Below are positions 1 through 10,180 of a stretch of DNA of 13,048 nt, piece by piece. A model generated the notes under the pieces. The model did no database searches. It saw only the letters and a list, made by a program, of their open reading frames with translations, and was not told the origin of the DNA. Source of the DNA: Thermoflexales bacterium (GTDB lineage: Bacteria; Chloroflexota; Anaerolineae; B4-G1; SLSP01); the NCBI GenBank assembly GCA_007130345.1, contig SLSP01000316.1:1-13048 (forward strand), in the 5' to 3' direction. The translations under genes were made by a program, and so were the position numbers. The first letter of the stretch is position 1. Each line of letters begins with the position of its first letter.

Positions 1-1
1 A

Positions 2-98
2 AAAAATCCGATTTTTTAGAAACTTGATACGAGATGTAGATTTTCCGCGTGCGAATTTCATATATTTAGTAGGTCGCGTGTGGAAAAATCGGATTTTT
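2..98. promoter_or_regulatory. Pair of perfectly inverted 15-mers, AAAAATCCGATTTTT (2-16) and AAAAATCGGATTTTT (84-98). Each is a 7-1-7 near-palindrome. They lie in an AT-rich block upstream of the TspO-like gene and are a candidate dimeric-regulator operator pair.
   Basis: Read directly from the sequence. The two 15-mers are exact reverse complements of each other. Each has two 7-nt half-sites around a central C or G. Their centres are about 82 bp apart. Region 1-120 is far more AT-rich than the rest of the window. Confidence 0.4.
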
Positions 99-349
99 GG
101 ACTTTTTTCAGGGGACTCATAAATACTCCCCCCAGTTGAATGTGCTCAGAGAGGAATGTCAGTCGCCGCGCTGTACTAGGGCGGGGAGCGCCCGAAGTCA
201 AGCTCAGTGAGTCCGAAAGGACATTGAATTGAGAAGCGGCTCTGCGTGAGCATCCGCACGCCACACTACGCTTAGAGGCGCGGGGATGTGGGTTTTCGGG
301 CATCTCCCGATGCCGCCAATTCAAATCACAAGTCTACAGGAGGGTATCA

Positions 350-1096
350 ATGCAAAAAAACAAAGTGCTGGTGTGGTTAAACGTCATCGCAACGGTGGCC
401 ACAATAGTGATGAATGGCCTGGCGAACGCCTTGCCCTTCAACAATCTGAGCACCGCTGAGATTTCAGATAGTTTTGAGGTGTATTTTGTGCCGGCGGGCT
501 ACGTGTTCGCCATCTGGGGCGTCATCTACCTCTTCTTGCTGGCCTTCGCCATCTACCAGGCCCTCCCCGCGCAACGTGACAATCCCCGGTTACAGCGGAT
601 TGGGTACGCCTACTTGCTGAGTTGCGTCGCCAACAGCGTGTGGTTGCTTTTCTGGCATCATTTGATGTTCTGGTGGACGCTGGTTGCCATGCTGGTGTTG
701 CTCGGATCCCTGATCTACATCTACCTGCGCCTGGACATCGGGCAAGCGACGCCGCTAAAGATGGAGCGCTGGGCCGTCGATACCACGTTCAGCCTGTACC
801 TGGGCTGGATCACCGTAGCGACCGTCGCCAACGTGACCTCGCTGCTGGATTGGCTGAACTGGGGCGGATGGGGCATCGCGCCGCAGGTGTGGGCGCTGAT
901 TATGCTGATCGTGGCGACGGGCGTCGCGCTCGCCGTCAGCCTCACCCGCCGCGACGTGGCCTACATCGCCGTCATCGTCTGGGCCTTCGTCGGCATCGCC
1001 GTCAAACACTCCGGCGTCGGCCTCGTGGCGATCCCGGCGGTGGTACTGGCGGCGGTAGCGGGGCTGTCGCTGTTATATCGAAGAAACCTTACGTGA
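350..1096 (+). CDS. TspO/MBR-family (tryptophan-rich sensory protein-like) integral membrane protein with a hydrophobic C-terminal extension of about 70 aa
   Basis: The ATG at 350 is preceded by a GGAGGG Shine-Dalgarno at 338-343. The product is 248 aa, Trp- and aromatic-rich, with multiple TM segments. Three segments align by eye to the conserved TspO helices: PAGYVFAIWGVIYLFLLAFAIYQA, SVWLLFWHHLMFWWTLVAMLVLLGSLIYIYLRLD and LYLGWITVATVANV. Compare Rhodobacter TspO PPRWVFPLAWTSLYFLM / LWTPVFFG..FFQLD / YLIWATAATGLN. This is a recalled similarity, not a search result. Confidence 0.55.
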   Translation: MQKNKVLVWLNVIATVATIVMNGLANALPFNNLSTAEISDSFEVYFVPAGYVFAIWGVIYLFLLAFAIYQALPAQRDNPRLQRIGYAYLLSCVANSVWLLFWHHLMFWWTLVAMLVLLGSLIYIYLRLDIGQATPLKMERWAVDTTFSLYLGWITVATVANVTSLLDWLNWGGWGIAPQVWALIMLIVATGVALAVSLTRRDVAYIAVIVWAFVGIAVKHSGVGLVAIPAVVLAAVAGLSLLYRRNLT

Positions 1097-2247
1097 ACCT
1101 TCCAACGCGCCGGATCATCGCGCTCGCCATACTCGTCGGCCTGCTGGCGATAGCCGGCGCGGGGCTGACGGCTTCGGATGTGGGCCGCGCGGTCACGTTC
1201 TCCTGCGCGGATGATGAGGCGACGGTCGCGGCGCGGGGCGGCCCGCGCGCGACGCTCGGCGCGGCGACGGTGTACGTCGGCTACCGGCAAGTAACGGCCA
1301 ACAACCAAGACCCCATCGTCGTCAAATTCTCCGGCGGGGAGCAGGTTTGGTGCCGCACCGACTACGAGCAGACCGGCGTGGATGGCCGGGCCTATGGCGT
1401 GCTATGGGACGCGGACGGGCTGTACGTCGTCTTCAGCGTCGATGGCGGTAACTACGATTTCAACTTCGGCACGGCTAACGGCTGGCTGCGGAGCTATGGT
1501 GCCGGCGGCGGGCCAAAGGTCGCCGTGATCTCGCAACTCGATCCCGCCGATGGCCGCCCGGTTCACGGCACGTTCCTCTCCGCGCAACTGAGCAACGGGA
1601 ACACCAACTCGCTAGAAGTGCTCGACCTCTGCCGGGTGCAGGACGAGATCCGCGTCGTCGCCAATTCCTGGTATTCGCCTAGGGATGTGGCTGGCCGCCG
1701 CCTGACCGCGTGCGAAGGCTCCTCGCCCCTGGATTACGTGATCGCCTTCCGCCCCGATCTGACCGGCGCGAGCGCGGTCTCGTCCGAAGCGTGCGGGGTG
1801 GTGGATGCGCGTATCCAGCGCGGCTGCGATGTACGCCCGGAGCTTGCCATCACGGTGGCGACGCGCCCCCATCTGGTGAGCGCGGGCGATAGCGTGACGG
1901 GCACTGTGCGTTTTGCGAATATCGGGCAAACGGCAGCGGACAGCATCACCGTCAGCGTGACGCTGCCCGTCTCCTTCACGCTGGATAGCCTCCTGGCGGC
2001 AGGCGTTCCTCTCACCGAGTCGCTCGCCGCGCCGCCGCACTACGTGTGGACTGGCGGCCCGCTGGAGCCGGGCGCGGCGGGTGGGATCACCGCCACTGGG
2101 CAGATCAGCGCGACGGCCCCGCCGGGCTTCTACACACTGCGCGCCACCATCGCCAGCGCGGATGCCGCCATCGCGCCGACCAGCCACCAGATCAGCGTGG
2201 GCGTCGATGTGCTATCGTACTACCTGCCCCTGGTGCTGCGTCATTAA
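1093..2247 (+). CDS. Secreted or membrane-anchored hypothetical protein with a C-terminal DUF11-type conserved repeat domain. It is translationally coupled to the upstream gene.
   Basis: The GTG at 1093 overlaps the TGA of the upstream ORF (GTGA). The N-terminus VNLPTRRIIALAILVGLLAIAGAGLTASD has an RR n-region, a hydrophobic core and a TASD-like cleavage region. The C-terminal segment SAGDSVTGTVRFANIGQTAADSITVSVTLPVSFTLDSL fits the DUF11/TIGR01451 pattern (Gd.vtYt..v.N.G...A.nv.v...LP.g..f.s). The longer ORF from 622 in the track is an R-rich alternate frame of the preceding gene and was rejected. Confidence 0.6.
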   Translation: MNLPTRRIIALAILVGLLAIAGAGLTASDVGRAVTFSCADDEATVAARGGPRATLGAATVYVGYRQVTANNQDPIVVKFSGGEQVWCRTDYEQTGVDGRAYGVLWDADGLYVVFSVDGGNYDFNFGTANGWLRSYGAGGGPKVAVISQLDPADGRPVHGTFLSAQLSNGNTNSLEVLDLCRVQDEIRVVANSWYSPRDVAGRRLTACEGSSPLDYVIAFRPDLTGASAVSSEACGVVDARIQRGCDVRPELAITVATRPHLVSAGDSVTGTVRFANIGQTAADSITVSVTLPVSFTLDSLLAAGVPLTESLAAPPHYVWTGGPLEPGAAGGITATGQISATAPPGFYTLRATIASADAAIAPTSHQISVGVDVLSYYLPLVLRH

Positions 2248-2853
2248 CCATTGCAGCCACGCGGGATAGCTGTGCGCGGCCTCCAGCATCAGCGGGAAGG
2301 GCGGCGGCGTCTGCGCGAAGACGTGCCCGGCGACGCGGCGCAGCGTCTTGTCCAGCGTAGCGTCCGGGCCGGCGGCCTCGAAGCCGAGCGTCCAGCACGC
2401 GATGCCCGCGATCTCCACGGCAGTCAGTTCGACGTCGCAGCCCCACGCCACGACCTTATCGGCGGGGACGGCGGAGAGTGTGCCATAGTCCGCGATCCGG
2501 TATTGGCGCGACCAGCGGCGCTTGCGCACGGCGATCCATGTGGCCCGCGCCGTCGCCAGCGAGACCAGCGAGTTCGCGTCCGCCGTCATCCCGAAGCTCC
2601 ACTTGGCCCAGCGCGCTGCGTACCCGACGGCTTCGGCGTGATAGCGTTCGCGGCGTGGCGCACTCTGCCGCTGCTTGATCTCGACGCGGCCCTCGCGCAC
2701 TTTGACGCCCAACGCGGCATCGGCCAGCGGGAGGTAGTGATCGACGCGGGCGGGCTGCGCTTCGGGCGGGCGCGCGTCCTGGCAGAACCAATCGCGCGCG
2801 GCGACGGGCAGTTCGCCCGTGAAGAACCAGCGGACTTCGGCGGTGTGTAGCAT
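2212..2853 (-). CDS. Hypothetical protein, possibly a divergent CYTH-like domain (EVRW in place of the ExExK motif, D.Y..D, a basic strand KVREGRVEIKQR)
   Basis: ATG at 2851-2853 with a GGGAG Shine-Dalgarno 6 nt upstream on the minus strand. Third codon positions are very GC-rich. The antisense plus-strand ORF 2251-2850 is arginine-rich junk. The CYTH resemblance comes from motif memory only. Confidence 0.5.
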   Translation of the reverse strand: MLHTAEVRWFFTGELPVAARDWFCQDARPPEAQPARVDHYLPLADAALGVKVREGRVEIKQRQSAPRRERYHAEAVGYAARWAKWSFGMTADANSLVSLATARATWIAVRKRRWSRQYRIADYGTLSAVPADKVVAWGCDVELTAVEIAGIACWTLGFEAAGPDATLDKTLRRVAGHVFAQTPPPFPLMLEAAHSYPAWLQWLMTQHQGQVVR

Positions 2854-2958
2854 AGACGACTCCCTAGGCAAATGGCAAAATGCAAGGCAAACTTTAGTTT
2901 GGGCTACATTTTCGTCCTAATAGTGACGGCTTGTAGGATACGGGCAGGACGCGAGACC

Positions 2959-4125
2959 ATGATAGATGAATTTGCCGGGCAGTTCAAGCAGAAGGGCGGG
3001 TGGGCGTTGCTATGGCTGGTATTGGTGCTGGTAGCCTGCGCGCCGCCTTCGGTCGCTTCACCGGAGATGCCGTCGGAGATGCTGCTGGAGATGTCGTCGA
3101 TGCCGACGCGCACGCCCGCGCCGCCGGTGGTCGTGGCGACGTTCACGCCGCTGCCGGAGGCGGCACCGCCGGATGGAGCGGTTGAGGTTGAGGCCCTATC
3201 TGCGCCAGAGGCCGCGCCGGACTTCGTCGCGCCGGTGGGCGTGACGGAGCACGTCGTCCAATCGGGCGAGACGCTGCTCGGACTCGCGCTGCATTACGGC
3301 GTGCCGATGGCGGCCATCCAGTTGCAAAACGACTTCGGCATTGCGACCGGGCTGCGGGCCGGGCAAATCCTGGACATCCCGCCGCGCGTGGGGTGGGAGG
3401 GCGCGTCGCCGTTCTGGGTGGTCTACGAAGTGACCGCTGGCGAGACCTTGAGCGCAATTGGCGCGCGTTACGGTTTCGACGTGGCGACGTTGCAGGGCGT
3501 CAATGGCCTGGGGGATGCTGACCGTCTCAGCATCGGGCAGCCGCTCATCCTGCCGCTGACCGCGCCCGCCGAGGTGGTAGCGCGCGCGCCGGCCCCTACC
3601 CCCACGCCGGTTCCCCCCGCGCCTCCCACCCCGACCGCTGCTCCAGGGGCCGATGCGCCTCCGCCGCCCCCCGCGCCCACCGCGACGCCCGTCCCGGCAC
3701 CGGCACCTGCCCGGCCTCCCGCCGACGTAGCCGCGCTGCCGGGCGAGATCTTCCGCCTGGTCAACGCGCAACGGGCGCAGTACGGCCTTTCGCCCCTGGC
3801 CTGGAACGCGACCCTGGCCCACGCCGCGCAGGCGCACGCCGATGACTGCTACGCGCGCGGCTGGTGCAGCCACACAGGTTCGGACGGGGCGACCGTGCGG
3901 GAGCGGATGATCCGCGCGGGATACACCCCCACGCGCTGGTCGGAGTGTTGGGCCTGGTTCCGCACCCCGGAGCAAGCGGTGGCCTTCTGGATGGATGAAG
4001 TCCCGCCCAACGATCCGCACCGGCGCACCATCCTCAGCACATGGCTCACCGAGGTAGGCGTTGGCGTCGTGCCCGGTTCTACTCACGGCTACTACTTCAT
4101 CGCCAAATTCGGTGCGCCCAGGTAA
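2959..4125 (+). CDS. Secreted protein with two LysM peptidoglycan-binding domains and a C-terminal CAP/SCP (PR-1, YkwD-like) domain
   Basis: ATG at 2959 (MIDEF..) followed by the hydrophobic signal or anchor WALLWLVLVLVACAPPSVAS. Two LysM-like units: HVVQSGETLLGLALHYGVPMAAIQLQNDF..GQILDIP and YEVTAGETLSAIGARYGFDVATLQGVNGL..GQPLILP. Pro/Thr/Ala-rich linkers separate them. The C-terminal region LVNAQRAQYGLSPLAWNATLAHAAQAHADDCY..HTGSDG..WSECWAW..AVAFWMDE..HRRTIL..EVGVG..GYYFIAKFG matches the YkwD/CAP consensus. Confidence 0.75.
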   Translation: MIDEFAGQFKQKGGWALLWLVLVLVACAPPSVASPEMPSEMLLEMSSMPTRTPAPPVVVATFTPLPEAAPPDGAVEVEALSAPEAAPDFVAPVGVTEHVVQSGETLLGLALHYGVPMAAIQLQNDFGIATGLRAGQILDIPPRVGWEGASPFWVVYEVTAGETLSAIGARYGFDVATLQGVNGLGDADRLSIGQPLILPLTAPAEVVARAPAPTPTPVPPAPPTPTAAPGADAPPPPPAPTATPVPAPAPARPPADVAALPGEIFRLVNAQRAQYGLSPLAWNATLAHAAQAHADDCYARGWCSHTGSDGATVRERMIRAGYTPTRWSECWAWFRTPEQAVAFWMDEVPPNDPHRRTILSTWLTEVGVGVVPGSTHGYYFIAKFGAPR

Positions 4126-4179
4126 AGCGGGAATTCAACATCCCCTTGCCATTTGAAATTCTCACAAAAGGAGAAACCC

Positions 4180-5319
4180 ATGACTAACAAAGTGATCGGT
4201 ATATTGACATCAGGCGGGGACTGCCCCGGCCTCAACGCGGCGATTCGCGGTGTGGGGAAGGCGGCCAATTCCCTGGGGATACAGGTGATCGGCTATCTCG
4301 ACGGCTTCCACGGGCTGGTGGAGAATCGCTTCATCCGCCTGGGGCCACGGGAGCTTTCGGGCATCTTGACGCTCGGTGGCACCATCCTGGGCACCAGCCG
4401 CGACAAGCCGTATAAGATGCCCGCGGGCAGGCTCGGTACAATGGATATGACACCCATCGCGGTTGCCAACTACGAAAAGCAGCACCTCGACGCGCTGGTC
4501 TGCCTGGGCGGCGGGGGCACGCAGAAGAACGCCCTGCACTTGATGCAGCACGGGCTGAACGTCATCACATTGCCTAAGACTATCGACAACGACGTGGCGA
4601 AGACCGACGTGACCTTCGGCTTCGATACGGCGATGGCGGTGGCGACGGAAGCGGTGGATCGGCTGCACTCCACGGCAGAGAGTCACCATCGCGTGATCAT
4701 CGTGGAGATTATGGGGCATAACGCCGGCTGGCTGCCGCTCGGATCGGGGATCGCCGGGGGCGCGGATGTCATCCTCATCCCCGAAATCCCCTACAGCATC
4801 GAGAGCATCGCGGAGGCGGTGCTGCACCGCAGCCACACGGGCAAGCGGTTCAGCATTATAGCGATGGCTGAGGGCGCGCTATCCCAAGAGGAGGCCGAGG
4901 CAGCCCGCAAAGCCAAAGCAGCGAAGAAGAAGGCGAAGAAGGCGGACAAAAAGAGCGGCAAGAAGGGCAAGCGTAAGAAGAAGTCCCCAAAATGCGTCTC
5001 GCACACTTTCGAGAGCGTCAGTGTGCGGCTGGCACGACGGTTGGAAGAGATGACCCGCCTGGAATCGCGGGTCACGGCGTTGGGGCACTTGCAGCGCGGC
5101 GGATCTCCGAGTCCCGGCGACCGGTTGCTGGCGACGCGCCTGGGCACCGCCTGCGCGCAACTCATCGCCGAGAAGCATTATGGCGTGATGGTGGCTGTGC
5201 GAGGGAGCGAGTGCGTACCTGTTCCACTGGAAGAAGTCGCGGGCCAGCGCAAAATCGTACCCATCGACCATCCCTGGATCGTCAGCGCGCGCATGGTGGG
5301 GACGAACTTCGGGGATTAA
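4180..5319 (+). CDS. pfk: 6-phosphofructokinase (PFK-A family) with an internal lysine-rich low-complexity insertion
   Basis: AAAGGAG Shine-Dalgarno directly upstream of the ATG at 4180. Family motifs present: [29 protein letters not shown] (the GGDGS position), [22 protein letters not shown]. An insert of about 45 aa ([35 protein letters not shown]) sits between the MAEGA and RVTALGH blocks. Lys occupies the position of E. coli Gly124. Confidence 0.85.
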   Translation: MTNKVIGILTSGGDCPGLNAAIRGVGKAANSLGIQVIGYLDGFHGLVENRFIRLGPRELSGILTLGGTILGTSRDKPYKMPAGRLGTMDMTPIAVANYEKQHLDALVCLGGGGTQKNALHLMQHGLNVITLPKTIDNDVAKTDVTFGFDTAMAVATEAVDRLHSTAESHHRVIIVEIMGHNAGWLPLGSGIAGGADVILIPEIPYSIESIAEAVLHRSHTGKRFSIIAMAEGALSQEEAEAARKAKAAKKKAKKADKKSGKKGKRKKKSPKCVSHTFESVSVRLARRLEEMTRLESRVTALGHLQRGGSPSPGDRLLATRLGTACAQLIAEKHYGVMVAVRGSECVPVPLEEVAGQRKIVPIDHPWIVSARMVGTNFGD

Positions 5320-5348
5320 AGTATGGACGCGGGGCGTCCGTTGGTTTA

Positions 5349-5375
5349 CCCCCCGGACAAAGCCGGGGGGTTTTT
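5349..5375 (+). terminator. Rho-independent terminator downstream of pfk, lying between convergent genes
   Basis: CCCCCCGG (5349-5356), loop ACAAAG, CCGGGGGG (5363-5370), then TTTTT (5371-5375). It is 30 nt after the pfk stop and about 12 nt beyond the stop of the minus-strand gene. An A-tract (GAAAAA) on the other side would give partial bidirectionality. Confidence 0.8.
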
Positions 5376-5386
5376 CATGCGGACGT

Positions 5387-8005
<2,619 letters not shown>

Positions 8006-8018
8006 CAATTTCGAGCTT

Positions 8019-8057
8019 GAGACTTCCGAAGTCTAAACAGCAGACTTCGGAAGTCTC
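8019..8057. repeat. REP-like nested palindrome: GAGACTTCCGAAGTCT, loop aaacagc, AGACTTCGGAAGTCTC
   Basis: Perfect 16-bp inverted repeat. Each arm is itself a 7-1-7 near-palindrome (AGACTTC C GAAGTCT). It lies 12 nt downstream of the tkt stop and about 10 nt upstream of the DUF2723 start codon. No U-tract follows it. The same element recurs at 11947-11983 and in degenerate form at 10181-10250. Confidence 0.75.
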
Positions 8058-8069
8058 AGGTCGTAGAAT

Positions 8070-10073
8070 TTACTCCGCCATCAACTCGAGGGCGCGGCGG
8101 ACGATGTGCTCGGCGGTGAAGCCGAACTCTTGCTTGAGGCGCTGGTAGGGGGCCGAGGCCCCGAAGCGGTCGATGCCGATGACATCGCCGGATTTGCCGA
8201 CGTAGCGTTCCCAACCCAGGGTGACGCCGGCCTCGATAGACAGGCGCTTGAGCACGCCTTCGGGCAGGACGCTGAGTTTGTAGAAGAGCGGCTGCTGCTC
8301 GAAGAGTTCCCAACTGGGCATACTCACCACGCGCGCGCCCACCCGCCGTTCCATGAGCAGCTTCTGCGCTTCGAGGGCGTCGGCGACTTCGGAACCGGTG
8401 GCGATGAGAAGCAGGTCGATGCGGTCGATGGGCGACTCGCTGAGGACGTAGGCCCCGCGTGCCACGCCGTCGCGGGCTTTCTCGGCGGTCTCCGGCATAA
8501 TCGGTAGGTTTTGCCGGGTGAGGATGAGGGCGGTGGGGCCAGCGTGTTCCAGCGCGATCTGCCACGCGGCAGCGGTCTCGTTGGCGTCGGCAGGGCGCAG
8601 GACGAGCAGGCCGGGGATGGCGCGGAGCGACATCACATGCTCGACGGGTTCGTGCGTGGGGCCGTCCTCGCCCACGAAGATGGAGTCGTGCGTCCACACG
8701 TAGACCACGGGCAGCTTCATCAGCGCGGCGAGGCGCACGGACGGGCGCATGTAATCGGAGAAGACGAGGAACGTGCCGCCGTAGGGCCGCGCGCCGCCAT
8801 AGAGCGCCATCCCGTTGAGCAGGCCGCCCATCGCGTGCTCGCGCACGCCGAAGCGCAGGTTGCGCCCGGCATAGCTGCCCGCCTGGAACTCGCCCGGGCC
8901 GTTCATAAACGTCTTGTTGGAGGGGTCAAGGTCGGCGGAACCGCCGATGAGTTCGGGGAGGGCGGGGGCCAGCGCATTGATGACCTTGCCGGAGGCGGCG
9001 CGGGTCGCCATCACGCCAGTGTCGGGGGCGAAGCGCGGGAGGGCTGTCTCCCAGTTGGCGGGTAGTGTCCCCTTGAGCCGCCGCTGCAATTCGGCGGCCT
9101 CCTCCGGGAAGGCGGTCTCGTAGCGGGAGAGCAGGTCGCGCCATTTGGCCTCGGCGCGCTCGCCCTGGGGCGCGGCCAGCCGGTAGTGGGCCAGCACGTC
9201 ATCCGGCACAAAGAACGGTTCGTGCGAGGGCCAGTTGAGCGCGTCTTTGGTCAGGCGGATCTCCTCCGCGCCGAGGGGCGAGCCGTGCGCGTCCGCCGTC
9301 CCCTGCTTGTTGGGGCTGCCGTAGGCGATGTGCGTCCGGCAGACGATGAGATGCGGCTGACCGGGGGCGGCTTTCGCCTGCCGGATCGCGCCGTCGATGG
9401 CATCCACGTCGTGGCCGTCGATCTCCTGAACGTGCCAGCCGTAGGCGCGGAAGCGGGCGGGGACATCCTCGGTGAAGGTGATGGCGGTAGCGCCCTCGAT
9501 AGTGATGCGGTTATCATCGTAGAAGTAGATGAGGTTGTCGAGCTTCAGATGCCCGGCGATGGAGGCGGCCTCCTGCGAGACGCCCTCCATCAAGTCGCCG
9601 TCGGAGACGATGGCGTAGATGACGTGGTCGAGCAGGGCGTGGTCGGGGCGGTTGAAGCGGGCGGCCATGTGGCGCTGCGCAATCGCCATCCCCACGCCGT
9701 TGGCGAAGCCCTGGCCGAGCGGGCCGGTGGTCGTCTCGATGCCCAGGTCGGGGTCGTGTTCCGGGTGGCCGGGCGTGCGGCTCTCCCACTGGCGGAACTG
9801 CTTGAGGTCGCTCATCAGCAGCGGATAGCCGGTGAGATAGAGCAGGCTGTAGAGCAGGGCCGAGCCGTGTCCGGCGGAGAGGATGAAGCGGTCGCGGTTG
9901 GCCCAGGTGGGATTCTTGGGATTGTGCTTCAGGTGGCGCGTCCACAGGACGTAGGCCACGTCGGCCATCCCCATCGGCAGGCCGGGGTGGCCGGAGTTGG
10001 CTTGCTGCACGGTGTCCATAGCGAGGACGCGCAGGGCGTTGATGCACCGTTGGTCGAGATCGGTTTTGGGCAT
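8070..10073 (-). CDS. tkt: Transketolase
   Basis: 667 aa. Transketolase N-terminus with SGHPG, the ThDP/metal motif [13 protein letters not shown], and full-length collinear similarity to bacterial Tkt. AAGGAGA Shine-Dalgarno 7 nt upstream of the ATG (10071-10073 reverse complement). Confidence 0.95.
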   Translation of the reverse strand: MPKTDLDQRCINALRVLAMDTVQQANSGHPGLPMGMADVAYVLWTRHLKHNPKNPTWANRDRFILSAGHGSALLYSLLYLTGYPLLMSDLKQFRQWESRTPGHPEHDPDLGIETTTGPLGQGFANGVGMAIAQRHMAARFNRPDHALLDHVIYAIVSDGDLMEGVSQEAASIAGHLKLDNLIYFYDDNRITIEGATAITFTEDVPARFRAYGWHVQEIDGHDVDAIDGAIRQAKAAPGQPHLIVCRTHIAYGSPNKQGTADAHGSPLGAEEIRLTKDALNWPSHEPFFVPDDVLAHYRLAAPQGERAEAKWRDLLSRYETAFPEEAAELQRRLKGTLPANWETALPRFAPDTGVMATRAASGKVINALAPALPELIGGSADLDPSNKTFMNGPGEFQAGSYAGRNLRFGVREHAMGGLLNGMALYGGARPYGGTFLVFSDYMRPSVRLAALMKLPVVYVWTHDSIFVGEDGPTHEPVEHVMSLRAIPGLLVLRPADANETAAAWQIALEHAGPTALILTRQNLPIMPETAEKARDGVARGAYVLSESPIDRIDLLLIATGSEVADALEAQKLLMERRVGARVVSMPSWELFEQQPLFYKLSVLPEGVLKRLSIEAGVTLGWERYVGKSGDVIGIDRFGASAPYQRLKQEFGFTAEHIVRRALELMAE

Positions 10074-10103
10074 AGAGGTCTCCTTTTTGGGTAAATGGGT
10101 GCC

Positions 10104-10134
10104 GATTATGGTATGTCAAAGGCGTGAAAAGTCA
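10104..10134 (-). promoter_or_regulatory. Candidate sigma70-type promoter for tkt: TTGACT with TACCAT at 16 nt spacing or CATAAT at 19 nt spacing
   Basis: Minus strand reads gcgTTGACTtttcacgcctttgacaTACCATAATcgg. This is about 30 nt upstream of the tkt start, so the 5' UTR would be short. The spacing is suboptimal for either -10 choice. Confidence 0.35.
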
Positions 10135-10142
10135 ACGCGGGG

Positions 10143-10171
10143 TTGCATGGCGCGCGGGGGCGTGTTACAAT
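10143..10171 (+). promoter_or_regulatory. Near-consensus sigma70-type promoter: TTGCAT, 17-nt spacer, TACAAT. It faces the small low-GC cassette.
   Basis: TTGCAT at 10143-10148, a 17-nt spacer, TACAAT at 10166-10171. The predicted TSS is near 10178, giving a leader of about 133 nt that contains the degenerate REP-like copy. Confidence 0.45.
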
Positions 10172-10180
10172 CGAGGTATA

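Noticed and set aside
290-318. Possible tRNA 3' end (..GGGTTTTCGGG..GCCGCCA)
   Set aside because: There is no canonical T-arm (GTTCRANYC), and no acceptor stem or D-arm pairing could be built. I read it as leader hairpins instead.
58-324. 88-aa minus-strand ORF in the upstream region
   Set aside because: Its composition is Arg/Ser-rich junk. It has no Shine-Dalgarno. It lies across a leader with obvious hairpins. I treat the region as non-coding.
622-1092. N-terminal extension of the 541-aa ORF track entry
   Set aside because: This part is an Arg-rich alternate frame embedded in the TspO-like gene. The real start is the GTG at 1093, followed by a signal-peptide-like N-terminus.
2251-2850. 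199-aa plus-strand ORF
   Set aside because: It is the arginine-rich antisense frame of the minus-strand gene at 2212-2853. That gene has the Shine-Dalgarno and a protein-like composition.
2872-2958. Upstream Met (MAKCKANFS..) as the start of the LysM gene
   Set aside because: It has no Shine-Dalgarno and would place about 29 odd residues before the signal-anchor. I chose the ATG at 2959. The longer form cannot be excluded.
3196-4086. 296-aa minus-strand ORF, plus small ORFs at 3000-3764
   Set aside because: These are Arg/Gly-rich antisense frames of the LysM-CAP gene, a typical high-GC artefact.
4146-4179. Sigma70-type promoter for pfk (TTGCCA / TTGAAA)
   Set aside because: There is no acceptable -10 hexamer at 16-19 nt spacing. 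Only the Shine-Dalgarno is convincing.
9186-10119. ORFs at 9186-10094 (+) and 9514-10119 (-)
   Set aside because: They are antisense and alternate frames of transketolase.
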